From Lepidodermella squamata (Eukaryota; Animalia; Gastrotricha), in NCBI GenBank assembly GCA_047495785.1, contig JBLDXI010000009.1:1240001-1304000 (forward strand): 64,000 bases of DNA, in the 5' to 3' direction. The position numbers were made by a program, and so were the translations under genes. The notes beneath the pieces are model-generated. The model searched no databases. It had not been told where the DNA came from and worked only from the letters and a program-made list of their open reading frames with translations. Shown piece by piece: positions 50,864 through 62,454 of this stretch. How positions within the stretch are numbered: position 1 is the first letter of the stretch; every line of letters begins with the position of its first letter.

Positions 50864-53800
50864 TCAGGCTTGAATTTGATGAACCATCGCTTTCTTTACG
50901 CAGTGCCGGAATACAACTCGATACGCCAGGGAAGGCTGGAAAATTTAATTAAAAATAAACAAATTTTCGAGCTGAAATAAATGGCCCACCTTGAAAGTTA
51001 TCATGAGCATTCGATAAATTATCACCGGAGCGTTGCATGTTACGATACATAACGCGGTTACTAGCCAAAAATTTGGCGATGTCCAAACAGCAGGGGCGAT
51101 TCGGTTATACTCGAACTCGGCAGAATTGCCGGGTAATTTTGTCAAAACTTCCGCTGTGATTAACTGGACGATGAAGCAAAATACGATAGCTAGAGGTACA
51201 ATGAAGCTTAAAACGTTCCAAGTGCTCAATTCCAGACCACAGCGAATAGTTATGACGATGACGATGCTGGTACCAAAGGCGACTCCAAACGCCGCGTGGC
51301 TAGTTGTGATATCATTGCCGTTCGGGTACGTTAAGTCGCCGTATCCGAACCGTAATAGGAAAAACGTAACCGCCGAAACGTAAATTCCTTCAGCTATGTA
51401 GATTAAAAACGTTCTCAACGTGAAAATACTGCCCGTCAAGCCTGGGGTGTATAATTTCGGGTATTGTTGGCACAACTTGGAATTGATTCCCTTTTCAAAG
51501 ATCGCCAGGTAGAGAATAGGAATTGCTGAGTATAGGGCATTGTATGCTCCTATGTACCAATTGTCAACGGTCGAAGTTGCAGACCAGCCGCAAAATATCG
51601 CAAACCAAAAGTGGCACATGACATACGCCAGAGTTTTGTAGAAGAAAAAGTTAAGGTAAGTCGCCATTCTCAGGTAATTCCATCTGCCGTGAACTAGCAA
51701 CAAACGTTGAAGGAAGCAAAATTGCGCCAAGGCATAGTCACTAGCCAATACAGCTTGCGTTCCTTCATTGCCCGAAATTCCCACTCCAATATGAGCGGTT
51801 TTTATCATGTTTCTGAAATTAATAAAATTATTTAGATTTTTGAGCCAATGAGTAAGCTTACACGTCATTTCCGCCATCGCCAATCGCCAGAGTTACGGCA
51901 TGTTCCCGTAGCCGAACTGCCTCGACGATTCGGCCTTTTTGCAGTGGCGCTAGGCGGCAACAAATCACGGCCTGGCAAGCGCAAGCCACATTCAAAAAAT
52001 CATCAGCCAAATCTTCGGATAAGGCATATTGCAAACTGTCTCCAGTTATAACTAAACCAATCGGGTTGCGGTCAGTTTTAGCTACGACCATCTCGGCTTC
52101 TCTCAATTTTGACGTCACACTCGCCAAATCATCCGCGTCGATCTGGATAATTTCTGTCGAGTCGTTTAATAAATGACAAGATTGGCCGATGTTAATAGCA
52201 GTTTCGGGCTTGTCACCAGTTAGCACCCAAATTTTGATACCAGCAAGCTTCAAATTAGCGATCGTTTCAGGCACACCGTCCTGCAACTTATCCTCTACCC
52301 CAGTCGCGCCTAGAAGGGTTAAATTCCGCTCAATCGACTGGCAACATTCGAAAATCCGCTCTTCCCGATCATGCAAGGCCTGACTAGCCTGTTGAAACTT
52401 GGCGTTCCAATCAGCCCATTCAATATCGTCGATATCGCGATAGGCACAACATAAGGTTCGAAGGCCATCTGTCGCAAAATCGTGCAGATGCCTATGAGTT
52501 CGATCGATCATATCTTGCTGGTTGCTATGAAGAATCGCCATCACCGAAGAATCAGCCCCTTTGCATAGGACCCGCCTCTTCCCATTATCGTCCTCGACTA
52601 CAACCGACATTCGCCTTCTCACATTATCAAAGTCAAGAATAGCCAACAGTTTGTAAGTCCGCTCCTTACCCTGGATTTCGAGGGTTAAGGCGGAGTGAGT
52701 GCGATTTTTGAAGACGAAACCGAAATTACGAGCAGCTGAAACCAACGCGGCTTCATCCGGCGATTGGGCTTTGTAAATCAGCTGGCCGTTATCGTCGATT
52801 TCCGAATTCAAAGTGTGGCAAAGTGCGAGTAATACAAAGAAATCGTGGCAATCGCCATTTCGCGCTCCATTGACCAGGGTATGGTCGTAGAATTTGAAGT
52901 TACTCTCCCAATATTTCGGCTCAACCTTCGAGAAATCAACGCGATGTCGAGCTTCATTTTCCGGGTGAATTTCCACAATTTCGCCTGTTTTACGATCGCG
53001 AGGTATGCCGTACTCGATACCATTGGCCGAACACTTGCTGAAGGTCATCAAATTCTGAGTTAAAGTGCCAGTTTTGTCTGAGAAAATGTACTCAATTTGA
53101 CCGAGATCTTCGTTTAGCGACGTCGATTTCGCCTGAGCCGGCATGTCTTTCACCGGGTCATACATCTCCAAATCGCCATTAACAAATCCTCGGCTTAGGC
53201 AGAGTTGGATCAACTCTATCATCGTATACAGCGTTATAGGTAAAATTTGTTGCATGAGGATTAAATAGGAGAAAAATTGCAGAACTGCGATCAAACTAGG
53301 GTTGATTCCTTTAACCGGCATCCACAGGGAGTAGGCGTCTTTAAACTTGCGGCCAACACCACTCTCGAAGATGAACCCCATAATGGAGCAGATGATGAGT
53401 GTAACGATCAAAATTACAAAAATGCTGATGAAGTATTTGTTGGATAACTTCTCCATACGCGTTCGCTTGTACATAGTTATACCGGCATTTTTCATCAGTT
53501 TCGTCTGCCGGCCTGTGTAAACAACAAGACCGAACGCCCATTCCGTGTTTCGAAGGTGGCAACCGCGAAGGGCTACGTTGTTGTTAACAATTGAAATCGT
53601 CTCATTCCGCCACGTCAAGCGACCGGCGAAGCGGGTAAGCAGGTTATTAGGCGCATCGCACTGAATTTCTCCATCAAATTCAGCGAGCTTTTCAATATCG
53701 CCACAAATCGAAACTTGAGTCGCATTCACAGCCTGGCGATACTTCAAATTCGTCTCGCCGTCCAATTCAGCAGTTTCGATGTAGCAAATTCCGTTTGGCT

Positions 53801-54517
53801 CGCTCGACGATAGCAGAACCATATCGGCGGGAAATGCGTGATTTTTCGACATTTTCACAATGTCACCAACTCGAATGTCCCGCCATTTGATGTTATGCAA
53901 TGAAGCTTCACTTCCCTTGTCGCGTTTGGCAACAAACGCTGGCTGGTTGTTGATGCGTTGGTCCGATCGATAACGCATAAAATCGTCGATTCCGAACCGT
54001 ATTGATGTTATTAGCATCACCGCAGCTGAAAATATTGAAATATTTCGGTACCACTTGAGTGGAAATTTAGCTACCTAGGGAAAGCGCTTGAGGATATGGG
54101 GTGATTGGCGATATTGCCGGAATAAACTGTTAACAAAAATTCGAAAAAATTATCATAATAAACAGGATTTGTTTATAATCCCACCTGCAGTAATACTAGC
54201 ACGAGGAAGTAAATATTGGCTGTTCGTAGGAATTGTTCGAAAATAGTTAATGGAATGAAGGTGAGAATGCTGTAGCGTGATGTTTTGATCGCATTGTCAA
54301 CGTGAAGCGGATTGCGCGAATTTGCTCGAACAATCCGGGAGTCTTCGTGCCGATCTTTCGGCTCAAACAGCTGGTAGAAAAGCGTCTGCAAGCTGCGATC
54401 GCTGAATTTAACCTTATGATGAGGATGTTGGTTGGCTTTCGTCACCGACGCTTTTCGATTCGACGGCACTGCCTCCATTTCGAAAGCTGATGTAGTCGGC
54501 ATTATTTTTAGTTTCAT
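50864..54517 (-). CDS. P4-ATPase flippase, divergent ATP8B-like (copy 4) with a short C-terminus; exons 54517-54185, 54126-54075, 54025-51862, 51812-50990, 50935-50864
   Basis: [38 protein letters not shown]; the start could also be the Met at 54502. Confidence 0.88.
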
Positions 54518-55422
54518 AGAGCCATTCCTCTGATCAATGATTTCGTCTTTGTCATTTGTCTACGTTTTGAAGGTCGCGGAATGAAACGTGTCGTGATCAA
54601 GTTACAAGTTACTATGAGCTGCTTATATACTAAATATACTGCTGTGATGGAATAATGGTAGTGAGGTAAAAAAAATACTCTGAGTAAATGCAGAAAAAAG
54701 CTGGAACGCACACAAAACCAGGAATGTAAGGCTAATACGCTGAGCAGCACCGGAAAAAACCAGCCGTTAATGCAAACAGCCGAAAATCTCGAACTCGTAA
54801 ATGGGGACTTTAAAATTTGTTCAGGCTATAAGGCAACACGCACGCCTACAAGGTCTGTGCAGATTTGCGCCGCAACTATACCATATATTACAAATTAACT
54901 TACCCCTTTCGGCTACGAAGCCACATTATTTTGAGTAAAAGTATATTGACATGAGATGTTATAATTTGAATGATTGAAAATCGAAAGAATCGGATTGATT
55001 TTGAATTTTTTTTAAAAATAACACAAAATCAGCTTTCATCTGAAAATTTACTGCACATTTTCTGGCCTAACGGTGACTTATCCACGCGCGCTCTCCTATA
55101 AGTTGGCTCGATTTACGCGTATCGTGCTGCTCCATTATTTCAAACAATAATCGCAACCTAAACTCTTAGGGTACTTTCGCGCGCTGCAAAATCAGCAAGT
55201 CCGAATTAGGACTAGATTTTTTAACAGCGGGTTGTCGTAAAAAGAAAGTTGCCGTTGAGTTTTTCACGATTTGACAAATTGTTGATCAGTTAAATCCTGG
55301 GTTAATTGACCTGAAAAGGCTAAAAAATGCACTAGAAAAAGCTCTTTCACACGGATTTATCACGTCGCCTTGACTGATAATCTCGGCCGAGTTCTCTTTT
55401 CTTTCGAATCAGTTTTTTAAAT

Positions 55423-55874
55423 GTATCTGTCGTACCGTAAAAGGCGATTTCTCCCAATTGCCAATTGAGGTATCTCAATGAGCAATCCGAATCGTTCCCA
55501 ACGTCATTTTCAGTTATTTTAATCAGTTTTAAGAATATGGAAACCAAACAACGTTGCAGAATCGCCCTTCGCCTATCCAGCGGATACCATTTTCCCTAAT
55601 AACTTGTATAGTATCTGCGTGTTTTATGAGTTTTTAAAAAGTTGGCGGATTTTCGCTGTAACTGTTATTGGGCCTCCTCGGCCCATCTAAACTCTTTAGT
55701 AGTATGTTAGCAGACCAATCGATAGGGCTATTCGGGCTCTCTGATATGTGCTAGGTTTTAATTCAATAACCTGAAGACTGATGAAAACAAAAGACGAAAA
55801 GCAATTTTCAGATTGCTCATTGAGATACCTCAATCGGCAATTGGGAGGATTGCCTTTAACGATACGACATATCT
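55423..55874. repeat. MITE-like element with ~60-bp imperfect inverted repeats
   Basis: tgtcgtaccgtaaaaggcgatttctcccaattgccaattgaggtatctcaatgagcaatc (55428-55487) versus gattgctcattgagatacctcaatcggcaattgggaggattgcctttaacgatacgaca (55811-55869). Confidence 0.75.
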
Positions 55875-56426
55875 CGTGGTCAGACTTTTCAGCAGCGACA
55901 CTTCAGCAAATGAGGGTCAAATCAGCAGTGACTTTTCATCAGTGACACCTTGTCAGTAAAAAATCCATTAAAATCAAATTTTTGTATTAACATAAATAAT
56001 TCTTGTAGACAAGTGAGCAGTGACATTTCAGCAGCGACAAAATATCAGTGACTATTGAGCAGTGACTTTTCATCAGTGACAAATGAGCAAGTGACACTTC
56101 ATCAATTTTTATTCATTTATCTCGGGCATTGAACTTGCACTTTTTGAGCTCAACTTCAATGCAGCCCCCCTGCTGAATACGGCTGAAATTCTGTTGATGA
56201 AATGTCCCCGCCGAAATGTCACTGCGCAAATGTCACCGAGATAAAGATGATATATTTGGAAAAATTTATAATAAATTATAAAAAATCACTGCTGACTTGT
56301 CACTGATGATTTGTCACTGCGCAAATGTCTCAGCTCAAATGTCACTGCTCATTTGTCACTGATGGGAAGTCACTGCTTATTTGACCCTCATTTGCTGAAA
56401 TGTCATTGCTGAAAAGTCGTACAACC
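55875..56426. mobile_element. Non-autonomous Mutator/foldback-type element (552 bp) with long subrepeat TIRs and a 9-bp TSD
   Basis: Direct repeat gacatatct at 55866-55874 and 56427-56435; arms gacttttcagca...ttcagcaaatgagggtcaaat / atttgaccctcatttgctgaa...tgctgaaaagtc; many cagtgac / gtcactg units. Confidence 0.88.
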
Positions 56427-56782
56427 GACATATCTATCCGGCATTTTCTTTTCAATGACTGCAAAACTGAGGGAGAAGCGAAAAGACACGTTTTTATTTC
56501 ACAATTATAGTAGAACCTAAAAATCGTCATAGATGGACTTCTTCTCTCAAAAATGATTTAGTATTCAGGCCAATCGAATATCGTCTAAAAAAGTCTATAT
56601 CTTCGGCTGATTCATAAACTCGCTTGCGCATTAAACTTTGTAAAAGCTAGGCAATCCGAAGCAAAAATCAAAGGTTAGTTCAAAAAGGTTACCAATGATA
56701 CCGATAGGATTTTTGTTCATAAGTTTCAAACAGCATTTTTCACGTCTATCATAAATGCTTTATCTTAGACAATTTAATGGCC

Positions 56783-59218
56783 CTAAACGTCAGAGCATAC
56801 AACGTTAGTATCATCAGAGTCATTCGATGTGCGATTTTCCACCGATTTCTCTTCACGCGTGGCAGAATCCGAAGATTTCTCGCGCATTTCCGCCGACAAA
56901 TCGCCGACAGATTGCCGTTGACACCTGCAGACAAGTTGTTTCACCAACGATATCCACTGGCGATTCGCTCCACAGTAGATCAGCGGCGAAAAGAACGTGA
57001 AAGTCATGGCAATTGCGTTGTATAGTACCAGGTTCGTTTCCCAGATAAACGGCATAGGAAGCAAGGGAAGCCAATTTATGACGCCGTCGGTAATCATTCG
57101 AAAATTGCGGAGAACTTCGGCTGTTTGCGACGGCAACCAAAGTAGGACAAAAGCAGCCAGGCAGCAACAACACATTATTGTTACACGGCGAGCCTGGATA
57201 GCCGCTCTTAGTTGGGATCGATCATTGCTACGAGGTGTTGATGATTCCACTGATGGGCTGAAAATGTAAAAATTGTTATCGCCATGAGGATTTCACGGTT
57301 CCTTACTCATAGCGAACAGTTCCTTTCCGATGAGAAACGATTTTCCTTTGCTTCAGTCGCGTTTCAATTGAACTGCGAGGTTTGTCTTTTTCTGCTATCA
57401 ACGCTTGCCGCTCGTTGACTCTTCGAGACACCGTAATTGCGATTTTAGCGTAAACAAAGCACAGAATGACAGCGGGAATAAAGAATTGCGTTATCGGTAT
57501 TACGATCTTAGTGGCATACGCGACGTTGCGCCAATAACGAAAAGCATCTGGGTCGCTGAGCATAGTGTAATCATTGGCAATGTAGCCGCAAAATAGCCTG
57601 TAACCATATTCTTCGAAACCAAGATAAGCACCCTATAGCAAAACGCATCAATCAAATCGACTAAAATTAAAGGTCTGGTTACATTGGCGTATAACCCTGG
57701 ACCGCAAAGTAGGAGCGACCAAATCCAGAGGCAGCACAGCAATTTGTAGGCTCGATTGCGCGAGAGTTGTCGCTGGCTTTCTAACGGATAGCAAATCGCT
57801 TGATAGCGTTCGTAGCCGATAAGAGCCAGCGAATAAACTGTGCAAATCATAGTAAGGTCGCGCAGGATGGAATAACCTCTGCAGGTAAGCTGAGCGGCCC
57901 AAATAGGCTCGGATACGATCCAGGGGAAGTCACTTCCTAACATAAGTGCATTCAGAATCTATGAAAAATAATAATAATCAGATAGCCTTTAATATCGCGA
58001 GAGATACCTTAACAGGTAGACGGAGCAGGGTGGCTATAAGATTCGCGATATTCAAATTTATTACGAATATATTCGTAACAGTCTGCAAATGCGGACACTT
58101 CAGCCAAACAAATAGCAGTAAGCTGCATACTAAATTATATAAATGACAATAATAAATATAAATAAAAATACCCATTAGAGCCCAGAAAGTTTTCGGAAAA
58201 TATTTTTATTTTTCTTTCCCTATTGACACCTGCTTTTCCGATAGAGAAAAATCGGGGATTAAGATTCTGAAAGCCGCATATTTTTATCATCTACCGTTAT
58301 TGAGATACTCCAGTGTCAAGTTGTCACGTGACCTTACCTGTTGTCACCCCCATGGCGATTATCTCTAGATAGCTAGGAAGCCGCTCTCAAAGGAAAGGTT
58401 CATCAGATTGATGAGATCTATCTAGAAATGCATTCAGTTGGGTCATAGTAGGTAATACTTCGTGAAAAATCGATTTTGATGACACTTTAGTGCAGTTTGG
58501 TGACAGTCCCAAAAAACGGCTCCTAGCTCCCCACCCGATCTATACGAGACACTGGTCATTTATCCGTTTTCCCCGAACTATACGATTTCCCGGTGCGGAG
58601 ATATGCCTTTTAGACAACCTGGGGTTTTAGTCGGATATTTTACTGGTTTTTTTAAATATAGGGTGGCAGGAAAAGATATGCCGTTAATTTGCAAAAATTT
58701 GCTATTAGATTTTCCAACTTACATGAAATGGCGCATGGTATTGTTAGACCGTAAAGAACAACCGAGACAAAGGTCGTATAAGGCAAATCATTGATAGGAT
58801 TGATTACAATGGTGGTCTCCGTGAACTTCGTTTGAATGTCGCTGCAGGTAGAACACCGCGTTGTCGAGTTGCAAGCACCTCTACAAAAGCACAGAGCGGC
58901 AATTTTCATCAGCTGGTAGCAACCTTCGGGAATTTTCGATGCGATAACATTTCGTCGGAATAACATTACTGTGTCTAAATCACTGACAACTACTGTCTTG
59001 TTGAATGGCTGCCGATACCAGCAGGCGTTGTCTGGACCAAGTCGGCTGGCCCATTCCATCAGGTTGAAGAAAACCAGAGCGTGAAGTCGCAGTGATGTCT
59101 CCGTCGCGTTGGTCGAGTTATCGGCGTAGATGTCTGCAGGTGCCAGGCCAGCCACGGTTTGTTTCAAGTCCAAAAGCGCCCCTAACGTGGTTGACGGTTC
59201 TTCCTCATCGGCGCCCAT
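56783..59218 (-). CDS. Orphan class A GPCR with Cys-rich N-terminus (GPCR2); exons 59218-58723, 58129-58008, 57958-57683, 57632-57307, 57257-56783
   Basis: LQTVTNIFVINL, IGYERYQAICYPLESQRQLSR, QFFIP, LWLP, SPLIYCG; splice phases consistent and shared with paralogs. Confidence 0.87.
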
Positions 59219-59484
59219 TTTTTTGTGTGAAAAATTAACCACTGTTTACGAAATCGCACAATCAAAATAATCGAAACACCCCGTTTTTCAATTTTCGCAC
59301 TAATTAGCTATAAATTGCGTAGGCGACCCTAGATCGTTCAGTCTGGGGCTCATTCTATTTTGAATAATCTCACGCCACTGATCTCAGGTACATATTGATA
59401 TTGATTATAAATTATTTCCAGCAATTCATAAAATAATGGAATTATTTTATTTATAATAAGGGTCTTGGAACCAACATTGATGAG

Positions 59485-59659
59485 GTTCCAGCGCTAAATT
59501 TTCCCAATTTCGACTTTTCTTGATCGATTAAGAAGCTGGGAATTTTTCTTCCACGAGCTATATATAGAAACATTTTCAATATGGGCTTCGAAACTTCTGG
59601 TATCGGTGAAATCACTGATATTGGGAAACCCATCTTTTGGGAAAATTTAGCGCTGGAAC
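59485..59659. repeat. 175-bp MITE-like element with perfect 22-bp terminal inverted repeats
   Basis: gttccagcgctaaattttccca (59485-59506) / tgggaaaatttagcgctggaac (59638-59659); no clear TSD. Confidence 0.75.
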
Positions 59660-59692
59660 TAAATAGAAATATATTTTTTTATGTCTTTGAAG

Positions 59693-61920
59693 CTAAGAAT
59701 TATGGATTGTTTTCGTTTGAGATCTGACTGCTGGCAGGTCGCTCGAAGTAGACGTTGACGACATTTCTCGAAGTTCAACTGGAGCCGTCTGGTTGCAACG
59801 TAAAGGCAGGCAGCAAAAAGCTTCTTTGACCAAGCTGAACCAGACTTTGTTACCTCCGCAATAGATAACCGGCGAGAAGATTGAGAAAGTCATCGCAATT
59901 GCGTGATAGAGTTTGATGGAATCTGTCGTTAGAAATTGTGTATACCAGCCGAGCGCAAGCACCATTGGTTGGTAATAGACCGAAATACAGGATAGAACAA
60001 TAGCTAAAGAGTAAGGCAGCCATAGCAAGACGAAGGCGGCTAAACAGTAGAAGCATGTCATTGTTGCCCTTCGAGTCTGTTCCAACGCTCTCTGACGCCT
60101 TCGTTCGTATTCCTCCGATCTAGATTCAGTGAAAGAGCTAAAACGGAAAGTTAGCATTAGCCAATATTTCAAAAATTCAAAATTCCCGTTACTCTGAGCG
60201 TAGAACACGTCTGGAGTTGCTAATTTTAGGGACACAACACTGTGAAAGATTAATCCCAACGCGCTTCTTTAGAACGACGAGAACTCTGCCGTAAACTACA
60301 CTGAGGACGACGGCTGGAATGAAAAACTGGGTGATGACTAAGATGAGCTTGTAAATATTCATGGTGGTGACGATGGTGTTGTAGTCGAGATCACTTGATA
60401 TCAATTGATTTAGATCCACTCCGCAGAGTGGCTGGTAAGCATCTCCAGTGCTGTTTAGCGAGATACCCTGCAAGCAATACAAGCAATTCAGGTAATCATA
60501 ATTTTCGATATTTTCTCACGTTGTAAACCATCTGTGGAATACAGGCCGTCACCGACCATGCCCATACAATTGCAGTCAACTTGTAAGCCCTTTTACGAGA
60601 AAGTTGGCGTTGACTGTTCAAAGGATTGCAAATAGCTTGATAACGCTCGTAACCAATTAGAGCCAGCATATTTGCTGAAATCCCCATGGCCAGTGGTGGT
60701 AAAATGGAGTAGAATTTGCAGACAATATCCGCTATCCAGTAAGGATCACTTGCAAACCATGTTATCGCATCGTGCTTGATAAATATCGCATACGTCTAAA
60801 TATAGGACTGAATTTATAATCATCGATTTCTAATAAACACAAAAAACCTATACCGCCCAAGGCAACGTCAAAATGACGACTGCAAGGTTTGCCAACACCA
60901 AGTTTATGATAAAAACGTTGGTAACCGTCTTGAGCTGCGGATTCCTCGCCCAAACATACGTGACAACGCTGTTTACTGGAGTTGAAAAAAATTTGGAAAT
61001 ATTTGGAGTTTGATTTCGAAGTGTAAAAAAGAACGCATTTTCCGCTTAAGTTGAAGTTGCATCTCAATAATGGGTGATATTTTCGATGCCATCTTTATCG
61101 GTAGAGTTAACTTTATCCCATAGGATTATCGCCTGGAAATAAAGTTGACTCTATATTTGTATGATTTTCCAATCTCGCTTGATTATCTTGCTAACGGCCG
61201 ATTTTTGTCCAAACTTTGTCCACGTTTTGACCTCAAAAACACTTTTTGACCTAATTTTATAATGAATCACAGCAATAAAAGAGGCTGGGAAAAGTAGGTC
61301 ACGGCACAGAAATGATGAGCAATTTGAAACTGGATTTTTTTGCTAGATTTTAAGCTGGCTTTATCGATTGAGTCGGCTTCGAAAAAAACCCCCAATTAAA
61401 AATTCTTACAGATGATAGCACCAATCATGGTGACAATGTACACGCCAGCTGCGGCGTAACTTGGCCACCTTGTGAGAATTTCGTCGCGTAAGACATCCCA
61501 GGTTCGCACGTCTAATGTGAGTTTCCAACACGCTTCAATCGTATCGTTAGCCTGACATCCTCTTTCGTTTGTCGAATACGGTGCCTTGCAGACGCATTTG
61601 GAAACCATCTCAACGATTTGATAGCAACCTTCGGGCAAGCCATCCGCGACTAAATTTCTGCGAATGAAATCGCTGTTACTCCAGCCTTGGTTGAACCTCG
61701 CCGATGTGTTGAAAGGAGGACGATGCCAGCATACACTGTCTCTTCCTGTTGTTTCAGCCCAATACATGACCTGAAGGAAGATAGATGCGACCAAAAGCGT
61801 GTACTTCTCCGTCGCGTTGGTCGCATTGTCCGATAAAATCATGTCTTGCGTCAACGTCCGAACTGTCTCGTTCAGCGCGTACATCTGGCTGACTAGCAAA
61901 TCTACGTTGCCCGGTTCCAT
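59693..61920 (-). CDS. Orphan class A GPCR with Cys-rich N-terminus (GPCR3); exons 61920-61410, 60975-60854, 60795-60520, 60467-60193, 60137-59693
   Basis: LKTVTNVFIINL, IGYERYQAICNPLNSQRQLSR, QFFIP, LWLP, SPVIYCG. Confidence 0.87.
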
Positions 61921-61975
61921 TACGGAATTTTAAGATAAATTTGTAGTATTAGGTATTAGCCCAGCACTAATAAAC

Positions 61976-62021
61976 GAAGAAACAATTTCAAATTCATGGA
62001 AGAAACAATTTCAAATTCATG
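61976..62021. repeat. Perfect 23-bp tandem duplication just upstream of GPCR3
   Basis: gaagaaacaatttcaaattcatg x2. Confidence 0.8.
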
Positions 62022-62454
62022 AATAATGATAGAAATTCGAGATTTCAGGTGCATTAATAAAATTATCGGCACCTAAATATCAAATCTAGTTGATGTCTGT
62101 ATTCGATAAAATTAGTCGATTTTGGCGTTATTCCTATAATTAGGATGAAGGTTCAATTTTTTAACAATAATCGTCTAAAAACTGAAATCTCACTAAATAT
62201 AAAATATAAACAGCATCAGATGTTGCTGACGTGGATACTTTTAACCAATTTCCAGACGGCTCAAGTGCAATAGCCTTGATCTAAAAAAATCATTTCGGAT
62301 TCTCTTCAATAAGGATTCGGTTTGAAAATTTCGAATGCAATCAAGCGTGTATTGTTCATTGACTCGATTATCAGGTCATGCAAAGCTTCAAGTGGATACT
62401 GGAATTTTTACTGACAGCAAATTTGAATAAGGACAATATTTATAACAACATTAT

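Noticed and set aside
55875-56426. Regularly recurring cagtgac motifs suggesting a CRISPR-like array
   Set aside because: Units are short, irregularly spaced and mirror-symmetric with a 9-bp TSD; eukaryotic context and no cas genes, so a foldback transposon.
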